Source: Candidatus Aminicenantes bacterium (lineage in GTDB: Bacteria > Acidobacteriota > Aminicenantia > Aminicenantales > Aminicenantaceae). Taken from it: DNA of 64,000 nucleotides. Positions 48,001 through 57,195 of the stretch are shown here, piece after piece. Each line of letters begins with the position of its first letter. Positions within the stretch are counted from its first letter, which is position 1. The stretch covers positions 11,212 through 75,211 of the forward strand of contig JADHWO010000004.1 in the NCBI GenBank assembly GCA_016783445.1, written 5' to 3'. Both the position numbers and the translations under genes were made by a program. The notes beneath the pieces were generated by a model. The model was not told the DNA's origin and did not search any database. It worked only from the letters and a program-made list of their open reading frames with translations.

Positions 48001-48346
48001 CATATCCCGGATGCCAGGTGAGCCGCCTCGGGACTCCACCATCAACAGGAACGACATAAACATCTGTGTTGCCATCATACTGGGCACTAAAAGCAATAAG
48101 TTTCCCGTCCAGTGAAAAAACAGGATTAGATTCTAAGCCTTGAGCTGTGGTCAAGCGCCGGACTCCTTTCCCATCAATATTAGCCACCCAGAGGTCTCCT
48201 GCATAACCAAAAGCTATATGGGTTTTGCTAATAGCGGGTTGACTTAAAAGTTTGGTATCGTTGATATTGATTTTACCAGCCAGGAAAACAGGCATGGCAA
48301 TTGTAAATACCAACACAAAAAAGATGAGATAAAAACTTCTTTTCAT
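45065..48346 (-). CDS. Tricorn protease homologue 2
   Basis: Signal peptide and TolB-like repeats. Also WKNYRGG, DERFNGGG, AGSGGDLLP, GKRTWGG and ENVGVPPD. Confidence 0.93.
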   Translation of the reverse strand: MKRSFYLIFFVLVFTIAMPVFLAGKININDTKLLSQPAISKTHIAFGYAGDLWVANIDGKGVRRLTTAQGLESNPVFSLDGKLIAFSAQYDGNTDVYVVPVDGGVPRRLTWHPGYDIVRGFTPDGSSVLFISPRYVFTRRYTQLFTVPLKGGLPTSLKIPNAYKATYSPDGSKMAYTPLSERFRQWKNYRGGTVSTIWIITFSDYSVEKIPQPEGRCNDTDPMWIGEKIYFLSDRNGEFNIFSFDTKSKEIKQLTSHKDFPVLSASSGNEKIIYEQAGHLHIFNPSYARSTKLTVGVAADLIEVRPRYVSGFRYIRGASISPSGARAVLGFRGEIITVPAEKGDPRNLTNTTGTHERSPVWSPDGKNIAYFSDESGEYELHVSTQDGKGDVKKFKLTGTGFYDTPVWSPDSQKISFADNSWTLYWIDLKTGISKKIGSEYLFGPRRAKTITSTWSPDSKWIVYTLNTAAYISKVYLYSLEKDKSYVVTDGLSDVSDPAFDESGKYLYFFASTDAGPVKQWFAMSNADTRMTRSIYLAVLQKDVPSPLTKESDEEEGMIKKEKPEKKIEPEKKKAKPEKAFSVDFDGLNQRILALSLSAGAYFSLQAGKAGEFYYLEAPSGSRGPYARETKLHMYDLNKRKDEVVLSGVNGYEISADKKKILYISSDSLGIAPAAGKIKPGQGKIDTNAIEVRIDPRAEWQQIFYEAWRINRDFFYATNMHGADWEAMQKKYAVFLPHVATRGDLNRVIQWMCSELAVGHHRVGGGDTPALSKQVPGGLLGADYSIENGRYRFKKVYGGLNWNPQLRSPLTEPGVDVKKGEYLLAVRGKELRPPQNIFSLFENSAGKLIEITVGPDPNSAGSRTVFVVPVRDESSLRNRDWVEGNLKKVDKATNGRVAYVYVPNTTTTGHTYFKRYFFPQVNKDAIIVDERFNGGGSVADYYIDILRRPLTCYWHMRYGADLKTPGASIQGPKVMLIDETAGSGGDLLPWMFRKFKLGKLIGKRTWGGLVGTLGFPILMDGGYVSAPNLAIWTENGWVVENVGVPPDIEVEQWPADVIAGRDPQLEKAIEVIMEELKKNPPIKLKRPPYPIRIR

Positions 48347-48698
48347 AACAACCTCCTAATTTATAAATAAAGTGCAAAAAGAATAGCTTAATACATAATA
48401 TTTATAAAATGCAAAAAAAACTACTTCTTCGGAAGCATCTCTATTTCCGTGATAAAGAAACAGTCAGGCAAACTGATTTGATTGTTGAATATCATAAAAT
48501 CCCCTTCATTGTTCTTTTAAATAATGAATTTTAATATACAGAGTTTACTTAGGAATAACAACAATTTTTCTTTTTCTGGACTCTTGAGTTTGGTTATTAT
48601 AGAATTATTTTCCGTGCCAGGATGGGAAGGTAAAAGAAAAAGAGCTGTCACGTTATAATTATTGTTTTTTCATTAATCCTTTAAAAGGAGAGCTTAAG

Positions 48699-49163
48699 AT
48701 GAAAAGAAGAAACGCTCTGCTCACCTTAAGCTGTTTGGCCTTAGCAGGTCCAAATCTGTTTTCTTGTAAAAGAAGGAGTAAACAAATGAAAAAAGAAATC
48801 AAAACAGATAAAGCTCCAAAGGCAATCGGCCCCTATTCACAGGCTATAATGGCTAATGGTCTTATCTTTGCTTCAGGTCAAATCGCGATTAATCCCTCTA
48901 CAGGAGAGCTAATCGCAGGAACTATTGAAGAAGAGACCCGGCTTGTGTTGAATAATCTCAAAGCAGTTCTTGAAGCCGCAGGAAGTTCCTTCGATAAAGT
49001 CATTAAATGCACGGTATTTCTCCAGAACATGGATGACTTCAGCCGTATGAATGCAGTGTACGGCGAATTCTTCAAACCTCCATATCCTGCCCGTGCAGCC
49101 GTTCAAGTAGCCCGCTTGCCCAAAGATGTCAAAGTAGAAATTGAAGCGATTGCTATACAATAA
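48699..49163 (+). CDS. ridA: RidA-family enamine deaminase with optional Tat/lipoprotein leader
   Basis: Motifs APKAIGPYSQA, SGQIA, PARAAV and VEIEAIA. Two in-frame ATGs (48699, 48786), each with an AAGGAG RBS. Confidence 0.88.
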   Translation: MKRRNALLTLSCLALAGPNLFSCKRRSKQMKKEIKTDKAPKAIGPYSQAIMANGLIFASGQIAINPSTGELIAGTIEEETRLVLNNLKAVLEAAGSSFDKVIKCTVFLQNMDDFSRMNAVYGEFFKPPYPARAAVQVARLPKDVKVEIEAIAIQ

Positions 49164-49207
49164 TCCGGATTGTCCTAAGAGATAAAATGTTTTAAAATAA
49201 CAGTATC

Positions 49208-49426
49208 ATGCCTATTTATGAGTTTATCTGTAAAAAATGTGGGAAGCATTTTGAGAGCCTCGTTTCAATGGGAGGAGAAAATAATGTTTCCTGCGCTTCT
49301 TGCGGGAGCAAAGACATAGAAAAATTACTCTCTTCTTTTGGAATTGGTGGAGGCGGAAGCCGTCTCAGCTCTTCCTCTGAAGCCTGCACGACATGCTCGA
49401 CAAATACGTGCAGCACATGCAAATAA
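49208..49426 (+). CDS. FmdB-family zinc-ribbon protein
   Basis: MPIYEFICKKCG..FE and CASCGS, with a Cys-rich tail. Confidence 0.85.
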   Translation: MPIYEFICKKCGKHFESLVSMGGENNVSCASCGSKDIEKLLSSFGIGGGGSRLSSSSEACTTCSTNTCSTCK

Positions 49427-49470
49427 ACTCTAAGTTCGCCCTGCTCGCTTTAACAACGGGATTATAATTC

Positions 49471-49560
49471 TACATATGGAGGATTCTATTTTCTTCTGAT
49501 CACTTAAATTCATTTAAACAATATATTCTTAATCAAAAAAAATAGAACCTTCCCCATTTT
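49471..49560 (+). repeat. ~90-bp repeat unit (palindrome doublet), left copy
   Basis: Aligns end to end with 50587-50679. Confidence 0.7.
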
Positions 49561-49701
49561 ATGCATTTTAATTTGACTCTCCCCTTTTTAATTGTTAATC
49601 TTTTGCCAAAAAATAACGGGAAAAGAACTAATAGAGAGGCCTTCTCAAATTTCTTTTAAATAACAGAAAATTAATCACATCAATCTATACCGGCAAACTT
49701 A

Positions 49702-50550
49702 ATGAAATTAAAAAAAAGACTACCCAAAGATCAAAACTTTGAACAGGTGAGAAAACATTATGAAATAGAAAAGTCTATTGCAGAGAAACTAAAAAAGGCT
49801 ACTAGAGAAGAGAGAAAAAAAATTTTCCCTATTATGTATCATGAGCTCTTTGCCAATGTTCCCGACCATCCTCGGCTTATGGCAAAAAAGGGTGCTGATA
49901 AAATCCAGTCTTCTAATAGACAGAAATTCCAGCTTGTCAAAGAATACCTAAATAATTCAATTGTTTTTGTTGAATTTGGTCCTGGCGATTGCCATTTCGC
50001 CTCCAGTGTTTGTAAATATGTAAAAAAAGCATATGCTGTAGACATTTCTGACCAAAGAGAAAAAAACAGCCATTTCCCATCAAATTTTGAATTGATAATC
50101 TATGATGGATATAACTTAAATATAGAAAGAGGTTCAGTTAATGTTGTGTTTAGTGATCAGTTTATAGAGCATCTTCATCCTGAAGATGTCGAATATCATT
50201 TTTTATTGGTAAAAAGGATTCTTCGCGATGGTGGTCTGTACATATTCAGAACACCCCATGCTTTTTTTGGGCCTCATGATATATCTAAGTACTTCTCAGA
50301 CGAGCCAGAAGGATTCCACCTGAAAGAATGGACTTATTCAGAAATAGGAGAGATAATAAAAAAACTGAATTTTTCTTCCTGGAGTGGATTTTGGCGAATA
50401 AATAGTAAGTTAAATAAGAATTATAAAAAATTCCCTTTTTGTTATTTTAAAACAGCAGAAACAATACTTAAAGGTATGCCAAAAAATTCCAAAAGGTATC
50501 TCTCAAGACTTTTTCTTCCTCTAAAACTGTTCATGATCGCAGTTAAATAA
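49702..50550 (+). CDS. Class I SAM-dependent methyltransferase
   Basis: Motifs VEFGPGDC, AVDIS, FIEHLHP and ILRDGG..FRTP. AT-rich. Confidence 0.82.
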   Translation: MKLKKRLPKDQNFEQVRKHYEIEKSIAEKLKKATREERKKIFPIMYHELFANVPDHPRLMAKKGADKIQSSNRQKFQLVKEYLNNSIVFVEFGPGDCHFASSVCKYVKKAYAVDISDQREKNSHFPSNFELIIYDGYNLNIERGSVNVVFSDQFIEHLHPEDVEYHFLLVKRILRDGGLYIFRTPHAFFGPHDISKYFSDEPEGFHLKEWTYSEIGEIIKKLNFSSWSGFWRINSKLNKNYKKFPFCYFKTAETILKGMPKNSKRYLSRLFLPLKLFMIAVK

Positions 50551-50586
50551 AATTTATACACTGATGTTTGGAAAAAAAATATGATG

Positions 50587-50679
50587 TACATATGGGAACT
50601 GTTCTATTTTCCTCTAATTTTTTGAATTCAATTTAACAATATAATTTTAACTAAAAACAATGGAACCGTCCCTAATTTT
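50587..50679 (+). repeat. ~90-bp repeat unit, right copy
   Basis: TACATATGG..TTCTATTTT..AATTCA..AACAATATA..GAACC..CCC..TTTT is shared with 49471-49560. Confidence 0.7.
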
Positions 50680-50810
50680 TATAAATAAAAAACAGAGTTG
50701 TGCCCATTTTTTTGCCACACTGCCATATTCTAACCTTTTGAAGTGTTGAAAGTCTGATCCCGCTGAATTTTCTTGACTTTGTTCTACCCTTGAAGAAAAA
50801 TATATCTTTG

Positions 50811-52811
50811 ATGAAGAATGAAGTGCGGATTGGAGTTGACACAGGGGGAACATTCACTGATTTTACTATCTCCATCAACGGAAAAATCGAAATAAAAAAA
50901 ATCCCTTCCACTCCAAAAAATCCTTCTCTGGCTATTCTTGAAGGTATAGATGAATTCCTGAGAAAAGAACTATCTCCTGTGGTAATTCACGGGACAACCG
51001 TTGCAACAAATTCTCTCCTCGAAAGGAAAGGAGTACGAATTGCCCTGATCACAACCAGGGGCTTCGAGGATATTCTGTTTATCGGGCGCCAGACGAGGCG
51101 AGAACTCTACAGCTTGAGAGGAGAGCGCAGAACACCACTCCTCCCCCGCCGTCTTTGTTTCGGGCTTGAGGAGAGAATCTCAGCATCAGGAAAAATCGAA
51201 ACAAAAATCTCCCTTTCCGAACTCCAAGAAATCCTCGAAAAAATAATAAAATTAAAAACCGAAGCCGTGGCTGTTTCCCTTATCAATTCTTACGCAAATA
51301 ATTCTCACGAAAAAACCATCTCCAGAGAATTAAAAAAGAAAAAAATCCTGGCTTCTGTCTCAAGCGAGATACTCCCGGAACATCGTGAATACGAAAGAAC
51401 AGCCATAACCGCTGTTAATGCTTATCTCATGCCTGTTGTAAGCCAGTATTTAGCGGACCTAGAGAAAAAAATGCAGCATGTTGAACTTCGAATCATGCAG
51501 TCTAATGAAGGATATATCACTCCGGCGAGGGCAAAATCAGAACCTATAAGAACAGCTCTCTCAGGCCCTGCAGGAGGAGTAGTTGGAGCATTTCACCTGG
51601 CAAGAGCGGCTGGATTTCAAAATATCATCTCTTTTGATATGGGAGGGACTTCCTCTGATGTTTCCCTTATAGACGGTAAGATCAGAAGAACAAATGAAAG
51701 TAAAATCGGAGATTTTCCCATCCGAATCCCTATTATCGATATTCACTCGGTCGGGGCTGGAGGTGGCTCCATTGCCTATGTAGACAGAGGTGGCTCTCTC
51801 AGAGTTGGGCCTAAGAGTGCAGGAGCTGAACCAGGGCCGGCTTGTTACGGGCACGGAAACTTCCCGACTGTCACAGATGCCAATCTGGTTTTAGGCCGGC
51901 TGGTCCCGGAGTTTTTCCTTGGTGGCAAAATGAAAATCCTTCCAAAAAGGAGCCATGAGGTCCTGGAGAGGCTTGCTAAAAAAATCAACAAATCTTTTCT
52001 TGAAACAGCTGCAGGTATCATCAAAATTGCCAATGCAAACATGGAAAAAGCCATCCGGGTGATTTCAATTGAAAGGGGTTTTGACCCAAGAAATTTCGCT
52101 CTCTTCTCCTTTGGAGGAGCCGGGGGGATGCACGCAGTTGATATTGCCTCTCACCTTAAAATACCCAGAGTGATTGTTCCTAAAAACGCTGGAGTACTCT
52201 CTTCCCTCGGGCTTCTTATGGCCGATTCTATCAAGGACTATTCTAAATCCATATTGAAGACAGCAGAGAAATTAAAAAAAGAGGAACTCGAAAAGTTTTT
52301 TGTCGAATTAGGAGAAAGAGGCGTCAGAAATATGAAAGAGGAGGGTTTCAGTAAGGAGGAAACTTTTATCTATCCTTTCCTGGACCTCAGGTATCTCGGT
52401 CAATCCTATGAAATAACCATTCCTTACAGGTACACAAAGAGCCCCGGCTTATCCTTTGTATCCGATTTTCATAAGGCTCACAAAAAACTCTATTCTTACC
52501 AGCACGACCAAAGACCTGTAGAGATCGTCAATATTCGGATCAAAGCTGTGGGAAAAAGTAAAAAAATCAGGCTTAAAAAGCTTCCCCTCAAAGGTGCCAA
52601 ACCTGAAAAGGCTTTTCTAAAAAAACAATCCATCTATTACAACGGGAAAAGCTACCAAGCCTCAGTGTTTAATAGATCTCTTCTCTCCCCCGGGAACAAA
52701 ATGAACGGCCCAGCTCTTATCGCAGATATAGAGTCAACAATATTCCTTCCCCCTTCCTGCACATCTAAAGTTGACGGCTTGCTCAATTTGCTTATCCAAA
52801 AGGTGGAGTAA
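50811..52811 (+). CDS. Hydantoinase A / 5-oxoprolinase ATP-binding subunit
   Basis: Motifs GVDTGGTFTD, HGTTVATN, REYERT, SGPAGG, DMGGTS and GAGGGS. Confidence 0.9.
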   Translation: MKNEVRIGVDTGGTFTDFTISINGKIEIKKIPSTPKNPSLAILEGIDEFLRKELSPVVIHGTTVATNSLLERKGVRIALITTRGFEDILFIGRQTRRELYSLRGERRTPLLPRRLCFGLEERISASGKIETKISLSELQEILEKIIKLKTEAVAVSLINSYANNSHEKTISRELKKKKILASVSSEILPEHREYERTAITAVNAYLMPVVSQYLADLEKKMQHVELRIMQSNEGYITPARAKSEPIRTALSGPAGGVVGAFHLARAAGFQNIISFDMGGTSSDVSLIDGKIRRTNESKIGDFPIRIPIIDIHSVGAGGGSIAYVDRGGSLRVGPKSAGAEPGPACYGHGNFPTVTDANLVLGRLVPEFFLGGKMKILPKRSHEVLERLAKKINKSFLETAAGIIKIANANMEKAIRVISIERGFDPRNFALFSFGGAGGMHAVDIASHLKIPRVIVPKNAGVLSSLGLLMADSIKDYSKSILKTAEKLKKEELEKFFVELGERGVRNMKEEGFSKEETFIYPFLDLRYLGQSYEITIPYRYTKSPGLSFVSDFHKAHKKLYSYQHDQRPVEIVNIRIKAVGKSKKIRLKKLPLKGAKPEKAFLKKQSIYYNGKSYQASVFNRSLLSPGNKMNGPALIADIESTIFLPPSCTSKVDGLLNLLIQKVE

Positions 52812-52815
52812 CTAT

Positions 52816-54390
52816 ATGGTAAACATGGTTAAATTCGACCCTATCGAGCTTGAACTGTTTAAGAACATCTTTATTTCTATATCTGAGGAAATGGGCGCTG
52901 TCCTTGGGCGAACCTCCCTCTCTCCTAACATTAAAGAGAGAAAAGACTTCTCCTGTGCTCTTTTTAATAAAAAAGGAGAGACATTCGCCCAGGGTTCTCA
53001 TATCCCAGTCCATTTAGGAGCTATGCCTCTCTCTGTTCAAGCATCCCTCAAAACAGTCCATTTTGAAGAGGGCGACTTGGTGATTCTCAATGATCCTTAT
53101 AAAGGAGGAACCCACCTCCCCGATATAACCTGTATTTCTCCTGTTTTTATCGAAAAAAACCTGAGCTTTTTTGTAGCAAACCGTGCCCATCACTCTGACG
53201 TAGGAGGAAAAACTCCCGGCTCCATGCCGCTCGCTACAGAAATCTATCAAGAAGGATTGATTATCCCCCCCTTAAAACTGATACAAAAAGGTTTATTAAA
53301 CTCTGATATTTTCAATCTGATTCTCGCTAATGTCAGAACTCCAGAAGAACGAAAAGGAGACCTCCTGGCCCAGATAGCTGCCAATGAAAAAGGAAAACAA
53401 AGGTTAGAAGAAATAATAAAAAAATATGGTTTAAAAAAACTCCTTCGTTACACCTATCTCATCCAGCTCTACACGGAAAAGATTTTAAGAAAAACCATAA
53501 AAGACATTCCTAACGGCACTTATGTTTTCACTGACTATATGGATGACGACGGGATCAAGGAGAAACCCATAAAAATTGGCGTAAAACTGACAATAAGAAA
53601 TGACGAGGCCCTGATTGATTTCAGCTCATCATCACCTCAAGTTGAAGGTAATGTCAATGCTAATTTTGCGGTAACTTATTCCGCAGTACTCTACGTTTTC
53701 CGCTGCCTCGTAGAGGAAGACATTCCATTTAATACAGGCTTGATGAGGCCGCTAAAAATCAAAGCTCCTGAAGGTTCAATTCTTAATGCTTTGCATCCGG
53801 CAGCAACTGCAGGAGGGAATGTAGAGACATCCCAGAGAATCGTTGACGTTCTTCTTGGGGCTCTCTCCAAGGCGATACCTGATAATATTCCAGCTGCAAG
53901 CTCAGGTACTATGAATAATATCGCCTTTGGCGGTTATGACCCATCAAGAAAAAGAAACTTTGCCTATTATGAGACCATTGGAGGAGGCATGGGCGGAAGC
54001 TCTGATTTCCCAGGTCTCAGTGGAGTCCACACTCACATGACTAATTCTCTCAACACTCCCTTGGAAGCTCTTGAGAATTACTTCCCTCTGAAAATTAAAA
54101 AATACTGCCTTCGGCAGGGCTCTGGCGGTAAAGGACAGAATACTGGAGGGGATGGGATCATACGCGAATATGAATTTGCTGTTCCCGTTCAATTGACTAT
54201 CATCTCTGAAAGGCGGAAATTTGCCCCTTATGGAGCTCAGGGAGGAAAAGATGGGAAAAAGGGAAAGAACATCCTTTTCTCTAAAGGTAAAAAAATACAC
54301 CTGAAATCCAAGGTCAACAGAAAGGTCCAACCCGGAGATGTGCTGCGCATAGAAACTCCCGGGGGCGGAGGTTATGGCAGTAAAAAATAA
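52816..54390 (+). CDS. Hydantoinase B / 5-oxoprolinase hydrolase subunit
   Basis: Motifs SPNIKERKDFSCA, HIPVHLG, NDPY.GGTHLPD, HHSDVGG and ETPGGGGYG. Confidence 0.9.
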   Translation: MVNMVKFDPIELELFKNIFISISEEMGAVLGRTSLSPNIKERKDFSCALFNKKGETFAQGSHIPVHLGAMPLSVQASLKTVHFEEGDLVILNDPYKGGTHLPDITCISPVFIEKNLSFFVANRAHHSDVGGKTPGSMPLATEIYQEGLIIPPLKLIQKGLLNSDIFNLILANVRTPEERKGDLLAQIAANEKGKQRLEEIIKKYGLKKLLRYTYLIQLYTEKILRKTIKDIPNGTYVFTDYMDDDGIKEKPIKIGVKLTIRNDEALIDFSSSSPQVEGNVNANFAVTYSAVLYVFRCLVEEDIPFNTGLMRPLKIKAPEGSILNALHPAATAGGNVETSQRIVDVLLGALSKAIPDNIPAASSGTMNNIAFGGYDPSRKRNFAYYETIGGGMGGSSDFPGLSGVHTHMTNSLNTPLEALENYFPLKIKKYCLRQGSGGKGQNTGGDGIIREYEFAVPVQLTIISERRKFAPYGAQGGKDGKKGKNILFSKGKKIHLKSKVNRKVQPGDVLRIETPGGGGYGSKK

Positions 54391-55582
54391 AAAATCTACT
54401 TTTGGTCCAGGCTTTCTGGTAACGGCAGCTTTTATCGGACCCGGGACTGTGACTTCCTGCTCCATGGCAGGTGCACAGTTTGGCTATGCACTGATTTTTA
54501 CTCTGGTCTTTGCCACACTAACCACTCTTATTCTCCAGGGAATGACAGGAAGACTCAGTCTGGGCTCTGGTCGTGACCTTGCTCAATCTTTAAGAGAATT
54601 CCCTCAAAATCGCCTGACAAGAGGTTTGTTTGTTTTCCTCACCCTTTCCTCTATTACATTTGGCTGCGCCGCTTATGAAGCCGGAAATATCATTGGAGGC
54701 TCAATCGGTCTTGAAATGATCACCTCAATTCCCCAAAAACTCTGGGTTGTTTTAATATCCTTAATAGCTATTTTTTTTATGAGCCTGGGTAAATACAGAT
54801 TAGTGGAGAAGTTTTTAATATTTCTGGTTTTCCTGATGAGTTTCTCTTTCCTAACGACTCTTGTGATAATTAAACCAAATTTGCTCTTTATTTTTAAGGG
54901 GATGATTCCTTCTTTTCCAAAAAATTCACTCTATCTCATCCTTGCTCTTGTTGGAACCACTGTTGTGCCTTATAACCTATTTCTCCACTCCTCAGCTGTT
55001 AAGGAAAAATGGCGCTCCCCAGCTCATCTTAAAGATGTTAAAAAAGACCTGCTTCTCTCTATCTCATTAGGAGGAATCATTTCAGCCTCAATTGTAATAA
55101 CTTCAGCTGTTGCTTTTTATGAGAAAGGGATTGTCCTGGAAAACGGGATGCAGCTGGCTCAACAGCTCAAACCTCTTTTCGGTTCCTTCACCAATTTCCT
55201 CTTTGGCCTTGGTTTTTTTGCCGCAGGCTTGAGTTCAGCCCTGACTGCTCCGTATGCGGCTGCATTCGCCTCCTCAGGTGTTCTTGGCTGGAAAGGAGGT
55301 TTTCGTTCTAAAGGATTTAGAGGGGTCTGGTTAGGGGTAATCCTGATAGGTTTTGTCGTATCCTGTTTTAATCTTAAACCTATTGTTGTTATTATATCTG
55401 CCCAGGTTGCTAATGGGCTGGTTCTGCCGCTTGCCACTGTATTTCTGCTTATTGTGCTAAATAACCGTCAAAAAATGGGAAAATGGGTCAACAACATCAA
55501 ACAGAACATACTGGGAAGCTTGATCATCCTTATCGTCACCTGCCTTGGCCTGTGGAATATTATTAAGCTCTTCTTAAAGTAA
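54374..55582 (+). CDS. NRAMP-like (YcsG-type) transporter
   Basis: GPGFLVTAAFIGPGTVT and GTTVVPYNLFLH. About 11 TM segments. Confidence 0.82.
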   Translation: MAVKNKKSTFGPGFLVTAAFIGPGTVTSCSMAGAQFGYALIFTLVFATLTTLILQGMTGRLSLGSGRDLAQSLREFPQNRLTRGLFVFLTLSSITFGCAAYEAGNIIGGSIGLEMITSIPQKLWVVLISLIAIFFMSLGKYRLVEKFLIFLVFLMSFSFLTTLVIIKPNLLFIFKGMIPSFPKNSLYLILALVGTTVVPYNLFLHSSAVKEKWRSPAHLKDVKKDLLLSISLGGIISASIVITSAVAFYEKGIVLENGMQLAQQLKPLFGSFTNFLFGLGFFAAGLSSALTAPYAAAFASSGVLGWKGGFRSKGFRGVWLGVILIGFVVSCFNLKPIVVIISAQVANGLVLPLATVFLLIVLNNRQKMGKWVNNIKQNILGSLIILIVTCLGLWNIIKLFLK

Positions 55583-55592
55583 GGGAAAAAAT

Positions 55593-56234
55593 CTACTCTA
55601 TTACAACAAATGTAATTCGGCGGTTCATCGCACGATTCTCAGGAGTGTCGTTCTCAACAAGAGGTTTTGACTCACCATAGGAAAAAGTACTCATGTGGTG
55701 AAGAGATACTCCGTGCTGCGTGTAGAGATAGTTCCTGACTGACTCCGCACGGACCTGGCCTAGCCATAAGTTATACTCCTCTGTCCCGATGCTATCTGTA
55801 TGCCCTTGTATCTCAATATGGACATTCTTGTTTTGTGCTTTTATGCGCGCTGCAAAATTGCTGAGAACAATTTTGTCCTCATCAGTAAGATCACCTTTAT
55901 CAAAGTCAAACTGTACTGAATCATCCGAGAACGTCACTTCAAAAAGAAATTTGCCTGTGGCTAACTTACCTACCTCTTCGGCCTGATCAAACGCTTCCAT
56001 AGCACGTGCAACTGCCTCCTGATTCGTCTCTGAAAGCTTCTGTTGCTGCTGGGTTTGCTGTTCAGTAGTCTTTTTTAACGTTTCGATTTCCGTTTTGTTC
56101 GCCTCAGCTTGCGCCTTGACAGGATCCATAACTTGAGAAATCTGTTCCTGGACAAAACCTTTAGTGGCACATCCGCTTAACCCAATCAAAAAAATCACCG
56201 CCAAAGCTACCAAAGCATAAAAAGTTTTTTTCAT
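55593..56234 (-). CDS. OmpA-domain lipoprotein
   Basis: GGAGG RBS before ATG 56234. Lipobox LSGC, then GHTDSIG..YN..L...RA and NRR. Confidence 0.88.
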   Translation of the reverse strand: MKKTFYALVALAVIFLIGLSGCATKGFVQEQISQVMDPVKAQAEANKTEIETLKKTTEQQTQQQQKLSETNQEAVARAMEAFDQAEEVGKLATGKFLFEVTFSDDSVQFDFDKGDLTDEDKIVLSNFAARIKAQNKNVHIEIQGHTDSIGTEEYNLWLGQVRAESVRNYLYTQHGVSLHHMSTFSYGESKPLVENDTPENRAMNRRITFVVIE

Positions 56235-56311
56235 AAGAGTTCCTCCCTTGTTTTTAGCTTTTTTGTGGCAATATTTTCTCATTTATAAGGCAAAATGTAA
56301 AGCAAGTTGTT

Positions 56312-57022
56312 TTATATCTTATTATTGTCTCCTTTAAGAGCATATTCCACGGCGAATCTGGCATGAATCCTTGTTGTATCAAAAAGAGGGACTTCACAGT
56401 CTTCCTGGCTTATCAATAAGGGTATTTCTGTGCATCCTAAAATGACTCCCTCTGCCCCGCTGGCAGCAAGGTTCTTTATAATTCTTATAAACTTTTCCTT
56501 TGATTGGCTTTTTATCTCCCCCAAACAAAGCTCGCTATATAGTATATTGTGAATGAGTTGTCTTTCTTCTTCATTTGGGATAATAACTTTTAAGCCAAAC
56601 TTTTCGCTCAATCTGCCCTTATAAAAATCCTCCTCCATGGTAAATTTAGTGCCCAGCAGGCCCAATTTTTTTAGCCCTTGTTTCTTTATCTCTTCTGCAG
56701 TTGCATCCGCAATATGCAGCAAAGGGATTTTTATACTCTTCTGGACCTCATCTGCCATCTTATGCATTGTATTAGTGCAGATAATGATAAGATCTGCCCC
56801 TCCTTTTTCTACTCTTTGAGCAGCATTTATCATGAGTTCGGTTGCTTTATCCCATTTTCCTTGATGCTGTAATATTTCAATTTCTTCAAAATCAACAGAA
56901 TACATAAGACTCTTAGCAGAATGGAATCTGCCCAGCTTTTCTTTCACAGTCTCATTAATGATTCGGTAGTATTCAAGAGATGACTCCCAGCTCATGCCTC
57001 CAATTAGACCGATAACTTTCAT
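56312..57022 (-). CDS. Aspartate/glutamate racemase family (YgeA/RacX-like)
   Basis: Motifs IGLIGGMSWESS, CTNTMH and LGCTEI. Confidence 0.92.
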   Translation of the reverse strand: MKVIGLIGGMSWESSLEYYRIINETVKEKLGRFHSAKSLMYSVDFEEIEILQHQGKWDKATELMINAAQRVEKGGADLIIICTNTMHKMADEVQKSIKIPLLHIADATAEEIKKQGLKKLGLLGTKFTMEEDFYKGRLSEKFGLKVIIPNEEERQLIHNILYSELCLGEIKSQSKEKFIRIIKNLAASGAEGVILGCTEIPLLISQEDCEVPLFDTTRIHARFAVEYALKGDNNKI

Positions 57023-57158
57023 TCTCTCTCTCCATTAATTTTGATTATTTTAATAACAATTAAAATAGCAGAATTTAATAATAATTTCTATCTGAAAAAA
57101 GTGACAGGAATTTTTCTTCCCGGGCTAATCCTTTCCAGTCATTATATTCAAAAGCGGT

Positions 57159-57182
57159 GGATTTGATGAATCAAGCCCCTAC
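57159..57182 (-). repeat. GTAG-type REP-like palindrome
   Basis: Minus strand GTAG-GGGCTTGAT-TC-ATCAAATCC. Confidence 0.55.
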
Positions 57183-57195
57183 AGATTTAAAACCA

